The notes under the pieces are model-generated. The model searched no databases. It saw nothing but the letters and a program-made list of their open reading frames with translations, and had not been told where the DNA came from. Shown in pieces: positions 30,303 to 40,139 of a stretch of 64,000 bases of DNA. Position 1 is the first letter of the stretch. Every line of letters starts with the position of its first letter. Source of the DNA: Bacteroidetes bacterium GWA2_32_17 (lineage in GTDB: Bacteria > Bacteroidota > Bacteroidia > Bacteroidales > GWA2-32-17); the NCBI GenBank assembly GCA_001769035.1, contig MENF01000106.1, forward strand, positions 17-64,016, read 5' to 3'. The translations under genes and the position numbers were made by a program.

Positions 30303-30425
30303 AGTGTCGGTCCATAATGTCCGATTTTTTCGTTAGGCTTCGAACAAAACTATGGTACGGTTTAAAACCGTGCCATAGTTTGTTGAATGGCAAGCCTCAA
30401 ACTCGAAAATTATAAATCAGACACT
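30303..30425 (+). mobile_element. MITE-like element, short variant
   Basis: agtgtcggtccataatgtccga...aatcagacact, with an internal perfect hairpin ctatggtacggtttaaaaccgtgccatag. Confidence 0.5.
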
Positions 30426-30431
30426 ATTTTT

Positions 30432-31586
30432 CTATTCGAAATAATTTTTAAATCTGTCATAAAACGACTTGTCTTTTTTTGCAGTTTCAGGACTAAAGCT
30501 ATAAGATTCGTTAAGTTTCTCTAATAATTTTCTATCATCTTTTGAAACTGAAGAAGGAATAAAAACTAAAATACGAACTATTAAATCGCCTCTGCCATAA
30601 CCGTTTACGCTTGGCAATCCTTTTCCTCTTAATTTTAACAATTTGCCTGATGGTGTGCCCGGTTCAATTTTAACTTTTACTCTACCATCAAGGGTGGGTA
30701 TTTCGACAGGGATACCTAAAATTGCATCGGGAATAGAAATAAGCAAATCGTAAATTAAATTATTTTCATCGCGTACAAATTCGGGATGTTTTTCTTCTTC
30801 AATTAATACAATCAAATCGCCGTTTACTCCGCCTCTGCGGGCAGCATTTCCACGCCCGCTTACCGAAAGCTGCATTTCGTTGGCAACACCAGCGGGTATA
30901 TTTAATGTTATAATATCTTCTTCATTCACAACTCCTTCGCCCGAACATTTAGTGCATCTATTAACAATAATTTTGCCTTCGCCACCACAAGCAGAACAAG
31001 GTGCAGAAGTTTGCATGTTTCCAAGTATAGTTCTCTGAACACGAGTAACATAACCAGTTCCCCTGCATGACGAACAAGTATGAAATGATGAACTATCTTT
31101 TGCTCCGGTTCCATTACAAGCTTTGCATAAATTTAATTTTCGAACTTTTATTTTTTTCTCAACACCTTCTGAAATTTCTTCTAAATTAAGTTTTACTTTA
31201 ACACGAATATTTGTACCTTTGCGAACATTTCGACCACCACCACGCGAACCAAATCCACCATTAAATCCTCCAAAACCAAAATCTGAAAAAACATCTCCAA
31301 ATCTGCTGAAAATATCATCCATATCGAAACCACCGCTATATCCACCTCCACCTTGTGGACCACTAACTCCTGCATGTCCAAACTGGTCGTATCTTTGACG
31401 TTTTTCATCACTACTTAACACATCATAAGCTTCGGCAGCTTCCTTAAATTTATCTTCCGATGATTTGTCTCCTGGATTTCTGTCAGGGTGATATTGAAGT
31501 GCTTTTTTTCGGTATGCTTTTTTAATTTCTTCTTTTGAAGCAGATTTTGATACTTCAAGAATTTCGTAATAATCTCTTTTGGTCAT
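30432..31586 (-). CDS. dnaJ: Molecular chaperone DnaJ
   Basis: J domain with HPD, G/F-rich region, four CxxCxGxG zinc-finger repeats. Confidence 0.95.
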   Translation of the reverse strand: MTKRDYYEILEVSKSASKEEIKKAYRKKALQYHPDRNPGDKSSEDKFKEAAEAYDVLSSDEKRQRYDQFGHAGVSGPQGGGGYSGGFDMDDIFSRFGDVFSDFGFGGFNGGFGSRGGGRNVRKGTNIRVKVKLNLEEISEGVEKKIKVRKLNLCKACNGTGAKDSSSFHTCSSCRGTGYVTRVQRTILGNMQTSAPCSACGGEGKIIVNRCTKCSGEGVVNEEDIITLNIPAGVANEMQLSVSGRGNAARRGGVNGDLIVLIEEEKHPEFVRDENNLIYDLLISIPDAILGIPVEIPTLDGRVKVKIEPGTPSGKLLKLRGKGLPSVNGYGRGDLIVRILVFIPSSVSKDDRKLLEKLNESYSFSPETAKKDKSFYDRFKNYFE

Positions 31587-31604
31587 TAATTATTTTTTAA
31601 TTTG

Positions 31605-32312
31605 TTATTCACCAACAACAACTTTTGCAAAACGTATTATTTTTTCGTTTAATGTGTATCCTTTTTGAACAACATCAATAATTTTACCTTTTAAATCTTC
31701 CGTTGGAGCAGGAAAACGTGTTACTGCCTCGTGTAAATCAGTATTAAATTCCTGATTAACAGCTACTATTTCTTTTAAACCTTGCTGAATTAAAAATTCG
31801 TTAAACTTTGAATAAATTAAATTTACACCAGTTTTAACTGCCTCTATATCTGTAGATTCATTTATTGATTTATTTGCTCTGTCAAAATCATCAACAATGT
31901 GCAGTAAATTCAATAAAACTGATTCGCTACCATATTTTAATAAATCGGATTTTTCTTTTAAAGTACGTTTTTTGTAATTATCAAACTCGGCAGCATTTCT
32001 TAACATCTTATCAGTTAATTCATTAATAGATATTTTTAGTTTCTCAATCTCTTCAGTTTGGTCGGTTGGTGCTTTCTTAAAAAAACTTTTCTTCTTTGTT
32101 TTTTTATGCTCTTCTCTTTGTTGTGTTTCTTCTATTTTCTGTTCGCCGCTTAATTTCGTTTCTGTTTCGGTAACAATAGGATTATCGGTTTCAATTTTTT
32201 GTTCATTATTTTCAATAATAACATCTTTAGAAACTTCATCGTTTGCAATATTTTGCTCATTTGTATTTTGTTGATTTTCTGGCTGAACTTTTTCTTCGTT
32301 TACTTCTCCCAT
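31605..32312 (-). CDS. grpE: Nucleotide exchange factor GrpE
   Basis: Acidic N-terminus, coiled coil, C-terminal GrpE beta domain. Directly upstream of dnaJ. Confidence 0.9.
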   Translation of the reverse strand: MGEVNEEKVQPENQQNTNEQNIANDEVSKDVIIENNEQKIETDNPIVTETETKLSGEQKIEETQQREEHKKTKKKSFFKKAPTDQTEEIEKLKISINELTDKMLRNAAEFDNYKKRTLKEKSDLLKYGSESVLLNLLHIVDDFDRANKSINESTDIEAVKTGVNLIYSKFNEFLIQQGLKEIVAVNQEFNTDLHEAVTRFPAPTEDLKGKIIDVVQKGYTLNEKIIRFAKVVVGE

Positions 32313-32360
32313 ATTTAATTGATTTTGGTCGCTTCTTTACAATATTTTTGCCAAAATAAT

Positions 32361-32445
32361 TGTTTGTCCATAATGTCCGATTTTTTCGTTATGCTTCTAA
32401 CAAAACTATGGCACGGTTTTAAACCGTGCCATAGTTTGTTGAACT
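32361..32445 (+). mobile_element. MITE-like element, 5' partial copy
   Basis: tgtttgtccataatgtccgattttttcgttatgc plus the ctatggcacgg...ccgtgccatag hairpin. Confidence 0.45.
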
Positions 32446-32507
32446 AACTTTTTAGATAAACATTAATAGAACGACAATTTGGCAGTGTAAATATTATTGT
32501 TTTGTAA

Positions 32508-33497
32508 TTACTGTAACAATTTCCAAATATTATCTTTTAAAGTATTTAATCCTTTACCTGTTATAGATGAAAAAAATAAATAAAGTATTTTAAATTTAAT
32601 TTCTTTTTTTAATTCTTTAATCAATCCATCGTCAAGCATATCGGCTTTAGATATAGCAAGGATTCTTTTTTTATTTAATAACTCGGGGTTATATTTCTCA
32701 AGCTCGTTTAAAAGAATATTATATTCATCTATAACATTCTTGCTATCAACAGGAATTAAGAATAGTAAAATAGAATTTCTTTCGATATGCCTTAAAAAAC
32801 GAATACCTAAACCCTTGCCTTCGGATGCTCCTTCAATAATTCCTGGAATATCTGCCATAACAAAAGTCTTGTTATCTTTATATTTTACAATTCCGATATT
32901 TGGTACAAGTGTAGTAAAAGGATAATTGGCAATTTCGGGTTTAGCAGCCGAAACAACTGATAACAATGTGCTTTTTCCGGCATTCGGGAATCCTACTATA
33001 CCAACATCGGCTAATATTTTTAACTCTAGAATATTCCATCCTTCGCTTCCTTCTTCGCCGGGTTGAGCAAATCGTGGTGTTTGATGAGTAGCCGATTTAA
33101 AATGACTGTTTCCTAAACCGCCTCTCCCACCATTTCTTAAAATAATTTTCTCACTATGTTTTGTTATTTCAGCTATAACTTCGTTTGTTTCGGCATCTCT
33201 GGCAATTGTTCCTAATGGGACTTTTATTATAACATCATCACCATTAGCACCAGTTGATGTACTTTTGCTACCTGATTCACCGTTTTTAGCAAAAATATGG
33301 CGGTTATATCGTAAATGTAAAAGCGTCCATATATTGCTGTCGCCTTCAATATAAATATGACCACCACGTCCACCGTCGCCACCATCGGGACCGCCTTTCA
33401 TGGTTCTTTTATCTCTATAAAAATGACGCGAACCTGCACCTCCATTACCCGAACGTGTGCATATTTTTACATAATCAATAAAATTATTTTCCGACAT
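32508..33497 (-). CDS. obg: GTPase Obg/CgtA
   Basis: Glycine-rich Obg fold (GGDGGRGG), G1 [10 protein letters not shown]3 DIPG. Confidence 0.9.
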   Translation of the reverse strand: MSENNFIDYVKICTRSGNGGAGSRHFYRDKRTMKGGPDGGDGGRGGHIYIEGDSNIWTLLHLRYNRHIFAKNGESGSKSTSTGANGDDVIIKVPLGTIARDAETNEVIAEITKHSEKIILRNGGRGGLGNSHFKSATHQTPRFAQPGEEGSEGWNILELKILADVGIVGFPNAGKSTLLSVVSAAKPEIANYPFTTLVPNIGIVKYKDNKTFVMADIPGIIEGASEGKGLGIRFLRHIERNSILLFLIPVDSKNVIDEYNILLNELEKYNPELLNKKRILAISKADMLDDGLIKELKKEIKFKILYLFFSSITGKGLNTLKDNIWKLLQ

Positions 33498-33617
33498 TTT
33501 GCTATTTGTTCTTTGTTATAAAACTCACTGGCACCATCGGGAAGTTCTTGTTCGGTCATGTTGAGGCTCTCGAAACATGACTTTTTTCTCGTTACTCTTC
33601 GAGTACATCAGAGTATT

Positions 33618-34196
33618 TTACTTAACAAACTTACTCATTACTTTTGAAATATCAGAATATACCTCTTCTTCGGTTTGAACTCCATTTATTTGAAAAGCTT
33701 TGCCTTGCTTTTGGTAATATTCTAAAACTGGTTTAGTTTGAGAATGGTAAACATTAATTCTATTCTGTATAATGTTAATATCAACATCGTCTTTTCTTCC
33801 CGATTTTTCGCCTCGTAATGTAAGACGCTTGATTAAAACTTCTTCTTCAACATCAAGCATTAACAATAGAGCAACATTTGTTGAGTGAATAATAAGCATT
33901 TTATCTAAAACTTCGGCTTGGGCGATGGTACGGGGAAATCCATCAAAAATAAATCCTTTTGCATTTTTATTGTTTTCAATAATTCCACTAATCATCCCAA
34001 CAACAACATTATCCGGAACAAGCTCGCCCTTGTCCATAATTTGTTTTGCCTCTAAACCTAATTTTGTTTTTTCGGCTATTTGAGCTCTTAAAATATCACC
34101 AGTTGAAAGATGAATTAACTCAAATTGCTTAATTAAACGTTCTGATTGTGTGCCTTTTCCAGAACCTGGAGGACCAAATAAAACAATGTTTAGCAT
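33618..34196 (-). CDS. adk: Adenylate kinase
   Basis: P-loop GPPGSGKGTQ. 192 aa. Confidence 0.9.
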   Translation of the reverse strand: MLNIVLFGPPGSGKGTQSERLIKQFELIHLSTGDILRAQIAEKTKLGLEAKQIMDKGELVPDNVVVGMISGIIENNKNAKGFIFDGFPRTIAQAEVLDKMLIIHSTNVALLLMLDVEEEVLIKRLTLRGEKSGRKDDVDINIIQNRINVYHSQTKPVLEYYQKQGKAFQINGVQTEEEVYSDISKVMSKFVK

Positions 34197-34276
34197 AAGA
34201 TTTATAATTAAAAAAGTTTATAGTTTATTGTTCAAAAAAGTTTATAGTTTATTGTTCAAAAAAGTTTTAAGTTTAT

Positions 34277-34397
34277 GGTCATGCAGTTGTTAACACATTG
34301 TCATACGGTTGTCATTCATTGTCATACATTTTTATGCTTTGTCTTTTACAATGAGTTACTATTAAATGACAATTGTGTGACTATTGTGTGACCATTG
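34277..34397. repeat. Diverged relative of the 83-bp gtcatac.../...tgtgtgac palindrome unit
   Basis: Same arm order and words (gtcatac x4, then caattgtgtgac, tattgtgtgac). Confidence 0.7.
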
Positions 34398-34450
34398 TTA
34401 TATTGTTCAAAAAAGTTCATTGTTTTATTTATTTCGAGTTATTTTAAGAT

Positions 34451-34990
34451 TTATGATTTTACAAGTGAATAAATTTCGGAGTGATTTCTTCCAAAACCAT
34501 TATAATCGAGCCCATAGCCAACAATAAAATCGTTTGGAACTTCTAAACCAATATAATCAATTTTAAATGATTTAGTAAATGCAAGCGGTTTAAATAAAAA
34601 AGTTGCAATTTTTATTTCTTCCGGCTGGTAACTTTTTAACTGATTAATAATATTTTCTAAAGTTTCGCCTGTATCAATTATATCTTCTAATACAACAACT
34701 GTTTTTCCTTTAATATTTTCATTAATACCAATTAAACTCTTAACAACACCAGAGGAAGAAGTGCCTTGATATGAAGAAACTTTAACAAAAGTAATGCGAC
34801 AATTAAAATCAATTTTTTTGAATAAATCTGAAGCAAACATAAACGAACCATTAAGGATTCCTATAAATACAACTTCTTTCTTGCTTAATTCGGAATTTAT
34901 TTTTTCGGCTATTTTATTAATTGCATCCTGAATTTTTTCGCTATTTACCGAAACTTCAAACTCTTTATCATGTATTTTAATACTTTTCAT
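34451..34990 (-). CDS. hpt: Hypoxanthine phosphoribosyltransferase
   Basis: PRPP-binding motif VVVLEDIIDTGETL. 179 aa. Confidence 0.85.
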   Translation of the reverse strand: MKSIKIHDKEFEVSVNSEKIQDAINKIAEKINSELSKKEVVFIGILNGSFMFASDLFKKIDFNCRITFVKVSSYQGTSSSGVVKSLIGINENIKGKTVVVLEDIIDTGETLENIINQLKSYQPEEIKIATFLFKPLAFTKSFKIDYIGLEVPNDFIVGYGLDYNGFGRNHSEIYSLVKS

Positions 34991-35039
34991 TTTACAATTT
35001 TTAAAGTCGGAAAGTTAATAAATTTTTAAAAAATTAATA

Positions 35040-35400
35040 AAAATAAAAAGACTACTTTAAAGATAGCTTTTACAATAGACATCTTTCCAAAATAAATTAA
35101 CAACTATATGTTATTAAAATTCATTAAGGTGGTGTAAAATACAATAGATATCTTTCCAAATAAATTATTGCAAAATTATATATATTGCCACGACCTAAAG
35201 GTCGTGGAATATAAAAATAATAAATCTACTTTAAAGATAGCTTTTACAATAGACATCTTTCCAAAATAAATTAACAACTATATGTTATTAAAATTCATTA
35301 AGGTGGTGTAAAATACAATAGATATCTTTCCAAATAAATTATTGCAAAATTATATATATTGCCACGACCTAAAGGTCGTGGAATATAAAAATAATAAATT
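35040..35400. repeat. Tandem duplication, period 174 bp, two copies
   Basis: ctactttaaagatagc at 35052 and 35226. Each copy contains two caatagA(c/t)atctttccaaa motifs and the hairpin ccacgacctaaaggtcgtgg. Confidence 0.9.
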
Positions 35401-36199
35401 TGGCTTTAGCCAAAACAAATGAAATTTATCATATAGGCTACAATCCGTTAGCTATCGTATGTTGGAGATAAATCAACAATGACTTGGATTTATGAAAAAA
35501 TATTTTGGCTAAAGCCGTTCCTCTTCTTTATAATTTAAACCACGACCTTCCTTCGACTTCGCTCATGATGACAGGTCGTGGCAATTATACTGACACTTAA
35601 TAAATTTGCAAAACAATATTCATTTCGAGTCTTAATATCAATAGGATTTTTTTGCATTTTAGTTCCGTATCAGTATAAATATTTAATTGGAAAGATGTCT
35701 AATGTGTAAATTGTTCACAAATTAATTTCGAATATCCAACACCCAATATCGAATGACGAAGTAAGGCTTAATTATTGGTTATTTGAACTTTACAAACTTT
35801 CTGCTTTTATTTAACCTCAATAATTCTCCAAAAGAGAGAACTCCCACAAAAACTCAATAACCTATATAACTAACTTAATGACTTTTCTTTACTCTTCAAC
35901 TACGCTCATCGCATGCTTTATTAACTTCAGGCAATTATTATTCTATCACCATCATTCCCGAAACAGCAAATTTTTCCCGTTTTGCATTAACGATATGTTA
36001 TGTATTGCTTTTAATAATTTGTTCCTCGGAATTTAAACTTCGATGTAACCGTCCTGCACTTTAATAATTTCACCAACCCGCATAGACTTATACAATTTTG
36101 TATATGGTAAATTTATTTTAAGTTTTTCGATTTTTCATTTCGTATAAATTAAATATATTTGTAAAAAATTAAAATTCATTTTTAACAAAGAACAAAAAC

Positions 36200-36904
36200 A
36201 TGAAAAAATTTATTTTTTGTACGACATTAATTCTTGCAACCGGCTTAGTATGGGCAGGAAACGATCCAGTAAAGAAAACCTCTACCGGAAAACAATACAA
36301 AATCAATATGGGAACTAATGAGTTGAAAGAAATGAACGATGGAGGATTTTATCTGAATATTGGTCTTGCTATACCATCAAAACAGTGTTACGTGCCTCTT
36401 GGCTTTAGTAATACGTCAAGTGAGCATTTCAAGATGGGACCTAATCTTGAAGCGGGGAACATGTTCAGGATTGTAAAACTTGATGATAATGCTATAGGTA
36501 TAAGAGCTACATGGTTATCTGCTAGTTATAATGCATGGTCGGAAAGTAAAGCGAACATGTCATATCTACAAGGAAGTGTACTTAGAATTGGACCTTACTT
36601 TACTTATGCAATTTCTGACGAGATGGCAATTGATGGATTTTATCAAATCGGTCCGACTTATGTTCTTAATCTTGATGCTGATACAACTATATCTGGACGA
36701 ACAGACAGTGGCTATCTTGGAGTAACCCATAATGTTGGTGCTTGTTTCCGGTATAAAGTATTTTCGTTTGGTTTCGATGTGAATTTTGGCAGTGTAAAGT
36801 ACGTGGATAAAGAGGAATATAAGTCGTTTAGCGATGATTTAATTCACGATTTTTACAAAATCAGGACTTCGCACTTTAGATTGTTTGCCGGATTCCGATT
36901 CTGA
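36200..36904 (+). CDS. Putative outer-membrane beta-barrel protein
   Basis: Signal peptide, alternating beta pattern, C-terminal ...LFAGFRF. Confidence 0.4.
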   Translation: MKKFIFCTTLILATGLVWAGNDPVKKTSTGKQYKINMGTNELKEMNDGGFYLNIGLAIPSKQCYVPLGFSNTSSEHFKMGPNLEAGNMFRIVKLDDNAIGIRATWLSASYNAWSESKANMSYLQGSVLRIGPYFTYAISDEMAIDGFYQIGPTYVLNLDADTTISGRTDSGYLGVTHNVGACFRYKVFSFGFDVNFGSVKYVDKEEYKSFSDDLIHDFYKIRTSHFRLFAGFRF

Positions 36905-36986
36905 TTCTGATTATTGTTTGCAAATTTTAAAGTTCCGTAATTAATCCTAAATATAGGAGTTGTTGCACGTATAGTTTTCTTTATTC

Positions 36987-38351
36987 CTATTTTTCAATCA
37001 CAATAAATTCAACTCTTCTGTTTTTTGCTCTGCCTTCTTCTGTTTCGTTAGAAGATACTGGTTTTGTAGCACCAAAGCCCTGAATAATAAGTTGTTTTTC
37101 AGTTACTTTTTTAGCTTGTAAATATGTCTTTACGGCTTCGGCTCGTTGAATGCTTAATTGATAATTGAAAGTAGCATCACCAATATTATCGGTATGACCG
37201 GCAATACAGATTTTGTAAGTTTTATTTTTAATTAACAAAGTAGCCAGATTATCAAGTGATGCAAAAGAACTACTTTTTATCGTTGATTTCCCAAATTCAA
37301 ATTCAAGATTTTTGAATGTGGTATTAACTATCTGCTGGTCGTCGGCAGGAATAACTACACCATCAGGATTGTAAATGTCATCGTTTGGTAATTTTAACCC
37401 TTTCAAATTCCATATTCGAATGGTTTTATCCCACGAACTGCTTGCAATCCAATTTCCTTTCGGGCTGTATGCAACTGATTGAACATTGTCAGTATGCCCA
37501 GTAAAGGTGTAAAGTAACTTGCGGTTTTTAACATCCCAAAGTTTCACCTCTTTATCCTGACTACATGAAACCAATATTTTACCACCAGGACTGAAAGCTA
37601 CTGATTTTATAAAGTTACTGTGTCCGGTAAGTTCGGCTAATTTATTACCTGTAATTGCATCCCACAGAAATACATTATTTTTTAAATTTGCCGTGGCAAG
37701 TAACGATTCATCGGGTGAAATCGAAATTCCTTCGGTATTCGAAATGGGTAATACTTTGGTTTCTTTTCCGGTGTGAACATCAAAATATCGGATGCTTTTT
37801 AAAATTGCTGAAGTACTAACAATAATCTGTTTTCCATCAGGAGTAAACACAATTGACTTAATGTTTGAATTCGCTTTTTCTGTTTCTTTTATTTCTTTTC
37901 CGGTAATAACATCCCAAATTCTAACACGGTTGTCGCGGCTTCCAGTAAGTAGCCATTGGTTATCGGGACTAAATTGAACTGAAAGAATTGGTTTGTTGTG
38001 AGCTTCAATGTTCCATTTTTCATTGTAATCAGAAGTATTCCAGATTTTAAAAAATCCATCCTTGCTACCGCAAGCCAGGTGCTTCCCATCGGGACTATAA
38101 GCAACACATACAGCCATTTCCTCAGAAGCTTTCAATGTTTTTAATTCCTTTCCTACTTCAATATCGAAAATTTTAACTTCACCATCCATCGTAGGATACG
38201 CAATAACCTTTCCATCGGGACTAAAAGCCATGTTTGCATCAACAAAAGCAGCTGTTCTTCTTTGCAAAATATATTGCGGTTGATTTACAATTCCCTGTGC
38301 TGCACATACAATTGATAAAAATGAAAATAAAATTGTTTGAAAGTGTTTCAT
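36987..38351 (-). CDS. WD40-repeat protein with a C-terminal OmpA-like peptidoglycan-binding domain
   Basis: Multiple ...SPDGK...S.D..V.IWD... WD repeats. C-terminal GHTDNIGD...NRRVEF OmpA_C motif. Confidence 0.8.
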   Translation of the reverse strand: MKHFQTILFSFLSIVCAAQGIVNQPQYILQRRTAAFVDANMAFSPDGKVIAYPTMDGEVKIFDIEVGKELKTLKASEEMAVCVAYSPDGKHLACGSKDGFFKIWNTSDYNEKWNIEAHNKPILSVQFSPDNQWLLTGSRDNRVRIWDVITGKEIKETEKANSNIKSIVFTPDGKQIIVSTSAILKSIRYFDVHTGKETKVLPISNTEGISISPDESLLATANLKNNVFLWDAITGNKLAELTGHSNFIKSVAFSPGGKILVSCSQDKEVKLWDVKNRKLLYTFTGHTDNVQSVAYSPKGNWIASSSWDKTIRIWNLKGLKLPNDDIYNPDGVVIPADDQQIVNTTFKNLEFEFGKSTIKSSSFASLDNLATLLIKNKTYKICIAGHTDNIGDATFNYQLSIQRAEAVKTYLQAKKVTEKQLIIQGFGATKPVSSNETEEGRAKNRRVEFIVIEK

Positions 38352-38492
38352 TATTAATAATGTTAAAGTTTTTCTAATTTCAAATATAATTCATAAAAAT
38401 TCTCAATATTGAAAATACATCTTAAGCAAATTTTTTGTGTTTGCCATAATTTTGCAAATGTAAGAAATAATATTGTAACTTTTTTGATGTTT

Positions 38493-38580
38493 TGTCAGTC
38501 CATACAGCTATGACGGAATTTATTGTAAACATATTTCAGGACAAGACATAACGAAAAAATCGGACATTATAGACAGACTC
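38493..38580 (-). mobile_element. MITE-like element, partial, inverted orientation
   Basis: Reverse complement of 38547-38580 = gagtctgtctataatgtccgattttttcgttatg. Confidence 0.45.
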
Positions 38581-38654
38581 TTTATAAAAAATCATTTTAA
38601 TATTTATGCTTTTAAATTGAAATAACGTATTTTTACAAAAAAATAATTTGTTTT

Positions 38655-39167
38655 ATGAAACCATTGATAAGTATTATAATGGGAAGCACATCGGACTGGA
38701 CTGTAATGGAGCAGGCAGCAAAATTATTAAACGAATTTGAAATTCCCTTTGAGGTAAATGCACTCTCGGCTCACCGAACTCCGGAATTAGTTAAAGAGTT
38801 TGCATCGAAAGCTCAAAGTAAAGGAATAAAAGTAATAATTGCCGGTGCAGGTGGAGCAGCACATTTGCCTGGTGTTATTGCAGCTTATACTACTTTGCCT
38901 GTTATTGGAGTTCCTTGCCGAAGTTCTATTTCAATTGATGGATGGGACAGTATTTTATCAATTTTACAGATGCCTCCGGGAATTCCTGTTGCAACAGTTG
39001 GTTTAGATGCAGCTCAAAATGCAGCAATATTAGCTGTTCAAATAATTTCTTTAAGTGATAAAAAAGCATTTAACAAATTAACAAATTATAAAAGTAAATT
39101 AGCCGATAAAATTTCTAAAGCTAATAATGAGTTCAAACAAATAAAATTTGATTTTAAAGTTGATTAA
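38655..39167 (+). CDS. purE: N5-carboxyaminoimidazole ribonucleotide mutase
   Basis: IIMGSTSDW, AGGAAHLPG motifs. 170 aa. Confidence 0.9.
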   Translation: MKPLISIIMGSTSDWTVMEQAAKLLNEFEIPFEVNALSAHRTPELVKEFASKAQSKGIKVIIAGAGGAAHLPGVIAAYTTLPVIGVPCRSSISIDGWDSILSILQMPPGIPVATVGLDAAQNAAILAVQIISLSDKKAFNKLTNYKSKLADKISKANNEFKQIKFDFKVD

Positions 39168-39168
39168 T

Positions 39169-40017
39169 ATGTTCAAATTATTTTCGATACTATTCGTAAC
39201 AATGTTCTTTGTTATCACAAATGCAAAAGCAGGTGATGAACATTTTCCAATTGGTGCACGACAAGCTGGAATGGGCTCATCGGGAGTAGCATTTCCCGAT
39301 TTATGGTCGGTTACACATAATCCGGCAGGATTAACTTTATTAACTAAACCGACATTTGGTTTGTTTTACGAAAACAGATTTGCACTTAAAGAACTTGGTT
39401 TAAAAGCAGGAGCTTTTGCATATCCAACATCGTCGGGAGTTTTTGCTATTGACTTAATGCAGTTTGGGTATTCAAAATATAACGAAAGCAGAGTTGGGCT
39501 TGCATTTGCAAAGTCGTTAGGTAAAAGATTCTCGCTCGGAATAAAATTCGATTATTTAAACACATATTTTGCCGAAGAATACGGAAATAAAGGTACCGCG
39601 ATTGCCGAAATTGGTTTTCTTGCACAACCTGCTAATCATTTCTATATAGGCGGACATATTTATAATTTAAGCCGTTCTAAAATTGCAGAATACAACGACG
39701 AAAGAGTACCAACAATAATAACTTTCGGAATAGCTTATGAATTTTCGGAAAAAGTTCTTAGTACAATTGAAGTGGAAAAAGACATTGAATACAAGCCAAT
39801 ATATAAAGTTGGAGTGGAATATAAATTTATGGAAAACTTATTTATCAGAGCCGGTGTAACAAGCAACCCAAATCAAATGAGTTTAGGAATTGGTTATGCT
39901 TTTAAAAGAATAAAAGCAGATATTTCATTTTCGTCGCATCAGATTTTAGGAATTTCGCCTCATATTGGATTTAGTTATGAGTTTGGTAATACTACATCAA
40001 AAAAGTTAGCAAATTGA
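39169..40017 (+). CDS. Outer-membrane beta-barrel protein (PorV/PorQ/FadL-like)
   Basis: Signal peptide MFKLFSILFVTMFFVITNAKA, GARQAGMGSSGVAF and NPAGL motifs. Start moved to ATG 39169, just after the purE stop. Confidence 0.45.
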   Translation: MFKLFSILFVTMFFVITNAKAGDEHFPIGARQAGMGSSGVAFPDLWSVTHNPAGLTLLTKPTFGLFYENRFALKELGLKAGAFAYPTSSGVFAIDLMQFGYSKYNESRVGLAFAKSLGKRFSLGIKFDYLNTYFAEEYGNKGTAIAEIGFLAQPANHFYIGGHIYNLSRSKIAEYNDERVPTIITFGIAYEFSEKVLSTIEVEKDIEYKPIYKVGVEYKFMENLFIRAGVTSNPNQMSLGIGYAFKRIKADISFSSHQILGISPHIGFSYEFGNTTSKKLAN

Positions 40018-40080
40018 GTACTAAGCATTTAATAAAACATACGAAGTTTGGACTAAAGTCCTTATTGTATTTTATTAATT

Positions 40081-40102
40081 GCCACGACCTTAAGGTCGTG
40101 GC
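40081..40102. repeat. Hairpin module gccacgacc-ttaa-ggtcgtggc
   Basis: Perfect 9-bp stem. Same module at 35188-35207 and 35362-35381, and split at 35540-35581. Confidence 0.85.
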
Positions 40103-40139
40103 AATTGCTCCAACAGAAAATTCGGCTTTAGCCAAAAAA

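Noticed and set aside
40014-40139. N-terminal 42 codons of the ORF-track call 40014-42224
   Set aside because: This stretch reads through the gccacgacc...ggtcgtggc and ggctttagcc repeat hairpins. A TTG at 40140 gives a normal signal peptide.
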